This document shows, in pieces, positions 25,101 through 36,700 of a DNA stretch of 64,000 nt. Positions within the stretch are counted from its first letter, which is position 1; each line of letters opens with the position of its first letter. Under the pieces are notes generated by a model. It searched no databases, had not been told where the DNA came from, and was given only the letters and a program-made list of their open reading frames with translations. The translations under genes and the position numbers were made by a program. This DNA is from Styela clava (Eukaryota). The DNA lies in assembly GCF_964204865.1 (NCBI RefSeq), contig NC_135253.1:10230001-10294000 (forward strand). Direction: 5' to 3'.

Positions 25101-28100
25101 TATTTGGCTTAAAAGCTAAATCATAGATATATGTGGAAAGAAAAAATGGATCATCAATTTCAATGACAATTCTCTTTTTCATTTTTCAAAGATTGCAGTC
25201 TTTACTCGGTATACAACGAACATTGTATGGATGGTCTTTCTGGTTGAATTCATCGGTCAATATATTTGATTATGTTGGTGGAATCTTGAGTTATCTTATT
25301 ATTGCAATACCAATATTTGGTGGAGAATATGATGATCTTGCTCCTGAAGAATTGAGCGCTCTGATTAGTAGAGTAAGGTTTATGATTCTATATATTGAGA
25401 AATCTACATTAATGAGAATTTCATCATTTAAAAGCAATAGGAGATTGTGAGCCTTTTAAAGTTATGACTTCGTGTTCTGTTGTATGATACTAGAATCGTT
25501 TCAGTTTAGCATAGTCAATATATTCACCACACTTTCTGGGAAGAGTCTTGAGTGATTTTTGTAGTGAGGGTATCTTTATCAAAGATATATTTGTAATTGT
25601 TTATCATTTTATACCATCTGCTTAATGTTTCTACTATTAGTTCTAATTAATAAGTTTTTATATCAATGAAATGTTCATTTTTTTTTTCAGAATGCCTTCG
25701 TTTGTATATATCTCATTTATTCTTTTTCTCAACTTTTCGATATGTCAAGAGTTGTGAGTGATATTGCTGGGCATACACACAGGTCAGAATTACATAATTA
25801 TTTCTTGTGTATTTCCCATTGTTTTCCTAAGTCCAAATATGACCTAAGTATTTGCATGCCGCACATATAATATTAACGCAGACTTTCTGTATGTATGGTT
25901 ATAGGATGCTTTGAGGATGTTCAGGTCATGTCTCCTTTGACATAACAATGGTAGTGTAACCTGAAATTCTTCATGTATAGTAAATGGGAGAATGTTTCTA
26001 CAACAGTTAATGTGGTTTGAATCATGGAATATATCTCTATTTCATGACCTAAAAATATGCAGTAATTGTTTCCTATATCTCTGAATTATATTTAGACTTG
26101 GAGAATTACTTGAAGAAATTGATGAGAATGAATTTTCAGTAGAAAAACAAACAGATAAGGAAGATAATGATCAATATCATTCTTTCACAAATATTGGATA
26201 TCAAGAAAGTGAAGAGTCTGAGTAAGTATTTTCTTGATTTTTTTTATACTACACAACTATATTTATTTCACTTCGACCAAGACTCTGCCAAGCAGCCCCT
26301 TCTAGATACGAAGCTACCATTTTTGGTAGGACTGGAATTTTTCAGTTCGGCTTTGCTTATGCAATACATTACTGTTGGTTTAGATCAGGGGTGGGCAACA
26401 GGTGGCCCACGGGCCACAACTCGGCCCACTAAGACAATAAGTGTGGCCGTTGTCAACACTCAGATATTTTCCCACTAAGCATCAAATTCTAACCCGACAG
26501 TTTATGTTTAAAAAAGCGCACACATGGGTTCAAATCCATAATTTTAAGTCTTTCGTCTTTTTGTCTTTATTACTGTAAGAATAAGCTATAGCCTTTTTGT
26601 GGTGGGAATGTTTAATTCATTGTGTACCCGAAAGATATTGAATTTTTGGATCGCCGACAAAAATGTTGCTCACTCCTGGTTTAGATAGACTATGGGGGCG
26701 TAGTATTTGTCCCCAAAATTTAAGCACTTGCTGATTTTATAAGAAAATGATATTATTACCCAAAATTTTCGCAATTTTGGTCCAATGAGTATCAGTATTC
26801 AAATTTTCATTTTGTCAATTGTTATAGTAAATCTGTGATTGAAATTTTCTAACATTTTAACATATCCAACATCTTTTTTTCAAATAATACCATTTAGATA
26901 TACTGACAACTCTGATGCTAGTGATTTGGAGAAAATTATCGAGAGGTCACAGAAAGATGATATTTGTTTTCAGTTAACTAACGTAAGTTGAAAATTCAAT
27001 AATTTAACTGAAAGCTAAAATCATACCTAAAAATATCAGGTTTGACATTCTACATCCTTAATTGACCCTGGTGTTAAGATCCCACTTTTTATCTCTGTTA
27101 ACCATCTCTGGGAATTAGATATGTGAATCGGGCAGAGATGATAATGTTCAAGGGGTTATTTATAGAATTTGCATTCCTCCGATTTATGCATTATGATGTT
27201 ACAAATTAATCCGACTAGCAAAACTGATATCCATCTGATAGTAAGATGCCAGTGATATTTACATAGGATTAGGAATATTTTTCTGCTTTTTCCTTGCCCA
27301 AGGATAATTCTGTAGTTATATGGAAAAATCTGTGATGTTGCTGAATTTCAATCTGAAAAATTGAAAACAGCACATCGTGCTGAGTGTAGGAATATGCATG
27401 CCACCGCACCTATGATTACCCTGCGTCTATTCAAATTCCTCTGGGGATAACTATTTGCGAGAGGATTGCAGGACTCATCACCGCCGTAGGGTCAGGGTGG
27501 TTTGCGTAATCGCTGGTTCGTGCATCTCAAACTAATAACCCGCTAACTAATCCCATACATGAGATGGACTGGTAACCGGGCGAGAGGCTGTGGTTGATCA
27601 TATTATTAAGCCATCTTGACGGCTCTCTACTCCTCCGGGATAAATATATAAATCCCATTCTATTCTAATATGAGCAATAACGGAGAATTCTAACATTTAA
27701 CATGCTTCTAATTTCAATCCATTACTTTCAGGTAACCTATGCAACACCGGATGGCAGCAGTGATTTGCTTGAAAATTTTAGTCTAAAAATTTCTGCTGGT
27801 AAAAATTTGCTTGTAACTGGAGAAACTGGGTGTGGAAAAACATCACTTTTCAGAATTTTATCCAAGTTGTGGGAACCGCGAAATGGTACTGTTAATAGAT
27901 TGTGTGATATCGGTAGAAGAGGAGTTATGTTTTTACCTCAAAAACCACTGTGTACAGATGGAACAATAAAGCAATTGGTAATTTACTTTCAGCTTGTTAG
28001 TGCATTGCGCAAGAGATATATTAATAATTCGCATGATGTTCATAGGAGTTGAATGGCATGCAACCTGCATTTTTCAAATCATTCGAGTGACTTTGAACTG

Positions 28101-29680
28101 ATTTTTGACAAATGACTTCTGAATTCTAGGCTGGCTGGCTACACAAAATAGGCGAACAATTGTAAACCTTCCATTCGCTGAATAAATTGTAAATTTTTGT
28201 CCCAGGTGACATATCCAAGTATGGATGGATATTCTGGCTATTCATTGTCTATCGATCATGAGAGAATTATGAATATATTGGATGAAGTGGAGCTGACTGA
28301 TTTATATGTTAGAATGGGCGGAGTCGAGGAGAGGTAAAAGTATTAAAATATTGTATTGGTAGTACATATAGTATAGATAAAATATATTGGTATTTGGGCT
28401 GAAATGAAAGACATTGGTATAAATAAGCAAGAGTCGCAGGGACTGAGAAAATAACACCAGATTTCCCACTCAAAATGATTCCCGGTTGAAAAAAATTCTT
28501 CAACTTCACAAACTCAGCGAAAACAAATTTGGCCCACATAACCTGTACCTTATGTAATTCTATGTTAGGACGGCTTATAATTATTTAGTTTCTGTAAATA
28601 GTTTTCACATCATTTATCACCATCAGAAATTTCAGCAATTGACTCTGAAGAATTTATAATTTCTACTTCAGCTGTGACCTTTGACTCCACAGCCCTGGTA
28701 TGAGCTTGTGAGGTTGGCAAATACCCACACATAGTTTTATAAACCCATGCATTCCCATAAATTAATTCTTGTTTTAAAGGGAGGAGGTTAATTGGGCAGA
28801 TAAACTCTCTCCTGGAGAAATGCAGAGGATTACTTTTGCTCGATTATTTTATCATGAACCAAAATTTGCAGGTTTGTTTTACATTGTGCAAAATATTTAT
28901 AATATGTCGCAAACAGGGCTGTCGCGGCTGTGAAAGCGTATAGCTGACTACATACTCCAAGTCGTTTGAAACAAAATGCGCACGACTACAGATTGTCAAC
29001 TTTGAAGAAAATAAATTTTAACACACAAACTTTTCGTATTCATGCTCATTAATAATTGTTAATATTTAGTCTTAGATGAGCCTACAAGTGCTCTTAATGT
29101 TGAAATGGCGGACATGTTATTTGAGCTTTGCAAAGAGAAAAATATAACTTGTATCACTGCAGGACATAGTGATCTGCTGTTGAAGGTAGGCTACATATAC
29201 TTTATTTCATTATATACTTTATACAAATGCAACACCACCTTATTAAATTGTTACATGTAATTGAATATTTTATGAGTTCTGAGATGTAAGGGTAAGGGTA
29301 TAAATTCATTGGAAAACTTCTGCAAATGCTCAAAACAAGTAATACCAATAAAAGCCAAGTGAATGCATAGATTTAAATTTCTTGTAGCACACATCCCAAA
29401 GCATTGCGTGCGCTAGGAGGCAATTGATTGCATCACTGGTTCCCCATCATGAAATTGTGGGGCTTGAATTGTCAGAGGTTTGAAAATTTGTGGGAGAATA
29501 GCTAGGTGGTACCGTAATTCCGATTGTTTCTATCCCCCTTAAACATGCAAGTTTGTTACATGTTCATCTGTATGAATCTGATGAGAAATGTTCAACACAA
29601 AATCTGTGGTTTTTCAGCATCATGATATAAGACTTCATTTGAATGGTGATGGAACATGGAAACACTCAACTTTGCTTTGA
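22160..29680 (+). CDS. ABCD4: ABC transporter D family member 4 (lysosomal cobalamin exporter)
   Basis: About 14 exons (22160-22292, 22681-22808, ~23554-23693, 24109-24351, 24699-24784, 25191-25372, 25691-25782, 26096-26221, 26899-26982, 27732-27976, 28206-28333, ~28780-28871, 29070-29185, 29618-29680). Motifs [57 protein letters not shown], Walker A GETGCGKT, signature LSPGEMQR, Walker [11 protein letters not shown] and H-loop AGH. The short N-terminus fits ABCD4 rather than ABCD1-3. Confidence 0.95.
26386..26678. mobile_element. hAT (Buster/Charlie-like) MITE in an ABCD4 intron
   Basis: CAGGGGTGGGCAAC / GTTGCTCACTCCTG TIRs; perfect TSD GTTTAGAT. Confidence 0.88.
27368..27667 (+). mobile_element. 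tRNA-derived SINE, diverged copy
   Basis: CATCGTGCTGAGTGTAGGAATA head, GCGAGAGGATTGCAGGACTC core and GGGATAAATATATAAATCCCATTCTATTC tail. Confidence 0.8.
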
Positions 29681-30114
29681 GTACACATACAAGCAACCAG
29701 AAAAAAATATTTTACGAAGACTGATCATGGTAATCAGTTCAACTTAGTTTTTTCAATTCAACTTTGGTGCAATGATATTTAATTATTAATTTTTTATGAA
29801 TTTTATAACTTCAGCAATCATGCTGTAAGTGCCGGTGCCATTCTTCTTTATTGGCGTGAATTATTGTACTAAATTTTCATATTTTAATAAACCTTGATAT
29901 GTGCATATTCTCACTGTGAACTAGACTTGTATATTATAGGCATATTGTTCCATGCCACCAGTCGGATGGGCGATTTTGGGCGTTTACGAATTGAGAACCA
30001 AATTAACACCACACCGCCATTCTATATCACTTACAAATCGAAACAGATATACAAATTTGTTACAGTATTAAGGGATATTTCAAATAATTTTGTTTTTGCA
30101 ATATCTGTCTAAGC

Positions 30115-30443
30115 CAGCGTTTCCCAAACTGTGTTCCGTGGGAATGGGATCAAAATTACGACTAAATTGGTCGCCGTGGCGATCTCGGGATCGTGAAGTT
30201 GTCGACTGGTGACCGTCAATATCGCATCACCGTCCACCTAAAGCCGACAACTTTTTGAGGGTAGTGGCATCGTTAACCGTCAGTATAGAAAGGTGAATTG
30301 AATTTATTGATTCATATACACAGCATTTAAAATAAGGAACAAAACAATATAATAAATGCAATATGTGAAGTATTCAATCATATTTTAGTTCTGTTAGTTT
30401 TCGCGGCGCAGTTCGCAACTCGCCACCCCTTTGGGAAACGCTG
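30115..30443. mobile_element. hAT-like MITE
   Basis: TIRs CAGCGTTTCCCAAA / TTTGGGAAACGCTG; TSD not preserved. Confidence 0.65.
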
Positions 30444-30786
30444 GTATTGAGGGTATTATTGAACCAGATTTTACACCTTGCAGTCTTAGTAGCTGTAAAA
30501 GTGTTAATTTATGCAAATCTTGGGAATTGTTGTGCAGGCATCGTTAGCCCAGATATTCTGTTGCTGGTATTATCACTACCTTGATCGAAATGTCAATAAA
30601 AACTAATTTTTTTTTGGTGAGTACTCAATTTATAGAACCATTGTACATAAAACTGGGAAACTAACAGAATCCTAAGAATCTGCCTGACGCAAGATCTAGA
30701 TGGGATTCGGATCCAGATGTGAATAGATCTCGACTTTATTTCCCGGATTCGTGTATCGGCACAATTTACCTTTGTTTAATCTAAAT

Positions 30787-31919
30787 CAGGGGTCACCAAA
30801 CTTTTTTGACCGCGGGCCGGGTATGACTCAAATTGTGTTGAAACGGGCCGGATGAATATTTTTGTCAATGCAATACAATAAATTCACAAATGTTGGGAAT
30901 ATCGCAGAATATAGATCGAGAACATCCTAGGAAAAAAAATCATAAAAACGACTACCTGCTGTAGCTTGGAATTCTATGAAATTTTGACATAATTTAGATA
31001 AAATAAACAACTATTATCTGGTATTTGATTTTTTTCATTAGCGCATAAATTTCCCAACATTCGACGCTTTTAAAAATTACGCTCCAGTTATGCGTAGTGC
31101 AAATTAATGATATTGTCTATGGACACCAATAAAATGTATGTGGACGTGTGTATTTCTTTCCTAACTTGATAAAATTTTTATGAAGTTCGTACAATCAGCA
31201 CATCGTTAATTATTACCCACAATGAACCACTGTCAAACTATCATGCACAACTCCAGCGTTTATTTGCGACGATCTTTCGGCGCTGTCAATGACCGTTGCC
31301 AGAATAAAATTCTGAAATAGTCTCAATATACCATAGATGTGACGCACATCGAAAGATTAGTGATTGATATGTGTTATTTTTCCATATTTAGTTCAGTTCT
31401 TATCAAAAAAGTAATACAATCATTATATGGAAAAAATTGGCCTGTCGGGCGATACTAAAATTCCGATATCTTCGTTATTTCTTGACCGTTCATTATAAAC
31501 TTGGTATTGTTTTCTATTTTTACTCAGATCTTTCCACTGAAGCAGTTTTTATTTAAATCGGATGGACTTCAATTTTTTTGTAACATACCTACATGAATAT
31601 CCGCATTAAAGCAGTACAAAAGTTAGTGTGGCGTTTGAAATTGGAGCAGTACGCGAGGGATTACAGTACTGCACAAAATGCACATTCGACGTTTATTTTA
31701 GCACAAAAAACAAACAGTTTCGTCGAAAGCACGCGCCACGAGTGTAGAAGTGTATCGCAGAAAACGTTACGTACTGGTAGCAATGTTACGAAAAAACAAA
31801 GACGAAAATCTCCCTTGAAAAAAAAAATTTAGCCATTTTTGTGTGTTACTGCGGACCGGATAAAATAACGCCGCGGGCCGGATAAAATGACGTCGCGGGC
31901 CGTAGTTTGGTGACCCCTG
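30787..31919. mobile_element. Non-autonomous hAT element, 1.13 kb
   Basis: Perfect 15-bp TIRs CAGGGGTCACCAAAC / GTTTGGTGACCCCTG, subterminal CGCGGGCCGG repeats, perfect TSD ATCTAAAT; no transposase ORF. Confidence 0.92.
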
Positions 31920-32473
31920 ATCTAAATGATAAAGCAACTTGAAAAGTATATTGGCCTACAGAAAAGAATGATATTGATGTTAAATCAGGAATTTTTTGAT
32001 ATGTATGGATAACGGTGCTAAATTCTGAGAAAAAAGCCTCTTCGTGACTATTGGACGAATGGCTTGAAATGTTCAGTACTACAGGGCCCGATATTTCCCC
32101 CCAAGTTTTATTTATTATTCACGAATATTTCATTAACTACAATTTACTTAACGTTTTGCTGTTATTGTTTGTAGTGGGTATAGAAGCAAACTATAATCAA
32201 CCAACGTATCGTACGTTTGCATAGAGTAGACGATATGATTGATTGAACTTCCATCAGGACGTTGAATAGGAAAAAAATCACAGAATATATACAGCTTGAT
32301 AGGGCCTATTTTTTATCCACGACTACGAGCTATTTAAAAAAACTTAAAATATAATGGCAATCACAAGTGTAGTAAAGATAAAAGCAGTCTGTTCTAAAGC
32401 AAATGCCGCTACTCCTAACAACGACGATGTGATATAAGTAAAAAAAAAACTAAAATATAATGATAATCGATAT

Positions 32474-33523
32474 AATTTCCCCGAAAAATAACACTAGGGC
32501 TTATTTTCGGGGGATGTCTTACATTTTCATTTATCAAAAACAAAAGTACAGAAGTACGAGATTTTCAAATATATATACAGAATGTGAAAACCGATATCCA
32601 TTTACTTATAAATAACACGTTTTATTCAAAATAACTGCAAAACATAGATTATCAATCATCTAAATACAGGGGTTCTCAACCTTTTTTATGTCAAGTACCC
32701 CCCGAGTCACGAAACAATCCACGCGAACCCTAGGTTTCCAGACACCGAACAAAGTTGTGATATATTGACTAACGATTTGTTGAAACAACAATTTATTGAC
32801 CATTTGTAACTAGATTAAATGTTCGTGTTGATATTATAGCACTTGTCTTCCGCCTAACTAATGAATTCTCAAAAGTTTTAATGAGCAAAATCATTTCTCC
32901 AATGCTCGCAGCACGCTGTCTTTTGAAATTTCAGTTTGCCTGCAAAGCCGTGAATTTAACGTTGTTGCGTCACAATCACAACAATATCAGGGAAAATCTA
33001 TGTTTCAATGGACCTTTCCCTGAGCATCGACATCCTTGTTTACCTCATGACATTGTCAAATCAGCAAGATGCAAAAAGTTTAACGTAACAATGCTTCCTT
33101 TTCTTTACCGGTACTTTCAAAAAACAGATTGTTGTATGTGATGAATCATAATGATGGTTTGAAACACATACCCCATTTTACAGGCGCCAATTCGCGAAAC
33201 CGCTCTTAAAATGAGCCCCGAAAATTTCGCAATAGTAAAGTATAGGAATAATTTTTCGGGGGTCAAAGGTCAGGAAAAGGTCCATTGGCATCTAATTTCA
33301 ATCGACACGCATTTTTCTCCAGTAGCAATAAAGGATATTAAAAAACAGCAACACACAAAAAACTCAACTGCCGTTCAAGTACCCCTGAAAATCTTCTCGT
33401 GAACCCCCAGGGGGTTCGCGAACCCCAGGTTGAGAACCCCTGATCTAAAACGATTAGAAGAGGTTTCCTGCCATCGACTAGCCCCGTTTTCGGGGTAGGT
33501 CTTATTTTCGGGGAAACACGGTA
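32474..33523. mobile_element. Tc1/mariner-pogo (Tigger-like) MITE hosting a nested hAT MITE
   Basis: Right end GTCTTATTTTCGGGGAAACACGGTA; eroded left end TTTCCCCGAAAAATAACAC; a related end fragment lies at about 14695-14721. Confidence 0.65.
32667..33442. mobile_element. Non-autonomous hAT element (nested)
   Basis: Perfect TIRs CAGGGGTTCTCAACC / GGTTGAGAACCCCTG; flanks ATCTAAA(T)A / ATCTAAAA. Confidence 0.88.
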
Positions 33524-33757
33524 GTAAAGATAAAAGCAGTCTGTTCTAACGCAAACGCCGCCACACATAACAATGAGATAGAAGTGAAAAATTTGTGGTA
33601 ATTCATATTTTTGGAATGTAAGAGTGCTTGATAGCATCGTTCTCTCTTCTGTGTCATGGTGACGTTATATAGTATACCTATATGACGAGTAACAAAGTTT
33701 TTCAGCTAAAAATATACGATGACTTAGAGAAAAATATCTTCATGAGTTCCCTTTATG

Positions 33758-36700
33758 TTATGGTGAGATACAAGTCTTCTTATCGGATTTCAAGCCCCAA
33801 CTTTGTGGACAGTCGCAAACAGCACCCTGGCAATAAGTATATAATTATTATATATATATTTGCCAGACTAATGGTATTAATAGAGATTTTCAAATTAGAA
33901 GAGCTGGATCAATTACCCGATTGGTTAATCCCACAATTTGCCTGAATTAAAATGTCCAAGAGACCCGCATATGATTATTCTTACACTTGGATCCTATATG
34001 TAAGATTGCAACGATTTCACCCAAAATATTATATGAATAATATACAGAAACCGTAATACAATCTCAAACCTTGAAGTTTTGTTCCAATGTTCTTACAGAA
34101 TATTTCTGATAATGTAACCAGTCGGGCGTCCCCTGTGCTTGATGTAGGCTACACATAAGATAAAATGATTAAAATCAAAAATTGTGTGATTACAAGCTTA
34201 CACTTACATTAGACGTGTAAAAGCAAAGGTGTGAACATCCGTTGTTATTTCCGTAACATTGATTTGTTTGTGGAATGGCATGATTCCCATAAACTTTAAC
34301 TCCCATAAAATCTCCTGCCCCGGATGCGATATTTTGTCGAATTGTTGAGTTGTAAACTAACATTCTGTCAAGAGATCCAGTTTGCCAATCGGTCCAGTAA
34401 ATGAAATTTTGAAAGTACCTGAGTTGTCAGAAATAGGGTAATTATTTTCGCAACATAACACCAATCATATTTTAAACACATAGAACAGGGGTCGGCAACC
34501 TGCGGGCTGGATCCGGCCCGCGGAGCACTATAATCCGGCCCGCGACGCTCCACTAAATTGGTAACAAAACATCCGTTTTGACGAATAAATTCTTTATATT
34601 ATAACCTAACAATTATATAATTCACAATTACTCGTTTATTGAGCATATAATTTAATTATAATTAAGAAAATGGCAACAAAACGCAGAAAAGTTGAAGTGC
34701 AAAGGGTTCAATGGCGCCGAAAATATTCAAATGGAATTTTGTGAGATACAATGAGGAAATAAATCTATACTCTATTCGAGGGATGTATCACTGCTTGATT
34801 TATATTATAAAAAGTACCATCCGTTCGGTTTTTCAACTTTCTAAAAATATGTGCGGCCCGCCAATGACTTGCAACCGTAATTTTGTCCCGCGAGTGACAA
34901 AAGGTTGCCGACCCCTGACATAGAACTTTTTAGTTATATATAACATCGCTCTTGGTTAAGGATTGGTATGTTGACCCGATGTTAAGTAATATATATATAT
35001 ATAAGACCGATTATTGTTCTTGACCCATTTGTTTACTCTGAGCATAGTATAAGCAGTTGCATTTGGATGCATAACCACTGACGAAATGAACATGATAATT
35101 GGTAACAGATTAAACGATTCGTCAACATTGCAGCGCTTTGTAATCGCGGCTGTCAATGTTTGATGATAATTAATACAAGAGATCAGTGCTCAAATATATG
35201 GACACGGAAGCCAAAAAAAAGTAATATCAACTCTTTCACAGTACGGATAGTCTTCGACTCTTCGTTATCAAAAACTCCTGACTTGACTGGAATGCGATCG
35301 CAGAAACGCCACAAGGTGTGCAATTTTTTTAAATTTGATACGGTATTCACACAAAACTTCGAATTGAAAAACGAATCCCATAGAGCTCACAGAACTTTTT
35401 ATAATTTTGAAGTAAGTAAAAGTAATAGCTTTCTAGCGATAAAAACCTTTAACCACTGAAATTTCAAAGCAATTGATCCAGTAGTTAAAAGGAAAAGCGG
35501 TTTTCATCACAATAATAAGAATACTAACAACAATAACATAATAACACAGAACAACCCATAGGTCCAATTCGTGTCTAATAATTTAAAGTTTTAAACAAAA
35601 CAAAAAATAGACAATCAATCGCCATAAAGTTTAATGGAACGTAAATGGGTTCGTTACTGACGTGAATCCGAAAATGTGATGATCATGAGCAATGAGGACA
35701 GTTCTTCCGCTACCATCCAGTTGTATCGCTTCAATCCTATCTAATCCCGCATCAACCCAATATAAGAAATTTCTCGCGTAATCAATTGCCAATCCTGTGA
35801 ACACAATATAATAGTGATTATTATTAATATCGCATAAATAACAACAAATGTTACATATATATATATAGCGTTTTTCATGAAGCAATGCTCAAATGTTTGG
35901 ACACGAAAGCCAAAACGAAGTAGTACGGGTATGTAATCTCACACAGTATACTAGTACCGCTGTCTTCACGACTTGCCTGATCGCCCGAAAGAAACCAGCG
36001 AGGAGCCGCCACAATGTGCGCAATTCTTAATTTTGATGACGTCATCACACTCAAAAATTAAATTTCATCAATCATTATTGGGCAAATAAAATCTCTAACC
36101 ACTGAAAATTTCATAGCAATTGATCCTGTGATTAAAGAAAAAGGCTAATTTTTTCACAACAGCAACAAGAAGAAAAATACTGACAACATAATACAAAACG
36201 TTCTGCAGTTTCACTACGTGACCAATAAGCGGCTGCCAATTATCATTTCCAGGCTCGTTTGTTCGTATTTGTAAAATATTTTATTACCGTTTGGCCACAT
36301 AAGTGATCCATTTACAAGAATATGCCTGTCCGTGCCGTCAAGAGAGGTGGCTTCAATTTTAGGTTTGGAACCCCAGTCACTCCAATACATCTTTCCAATG
36401 GCCGGATATAGGACAATTGCTCTATGGCGGAAAATAATAATTTGATCCTTCTCAGCTTTAACAAGAACTCAATTATATACCGTAAGTGAATATATATTAT
36501 AATAATGAATATATTTTCGATAATAACTAAAAAAGCATGCCTTGGAGCTTCAATATTCGTAGTTATGAAGTTCTTTTTCGAACTCCCATCGAGTCTGGAG
36601 ACGCCGATTAATTTTAGACCTTTATCCGACCAGTACATGTTTCTTGCGACCCAATCCACAGCAACGCCATCAACTTCGGTACTAAGGTTAGACGCTAGAA

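Noticed and set aside
29577-29600. CTGATGAG hammerhead-like core (also CTGACGAG near 54097)
   Set aside because: No closing stem II with GAAA and no stems I/III.
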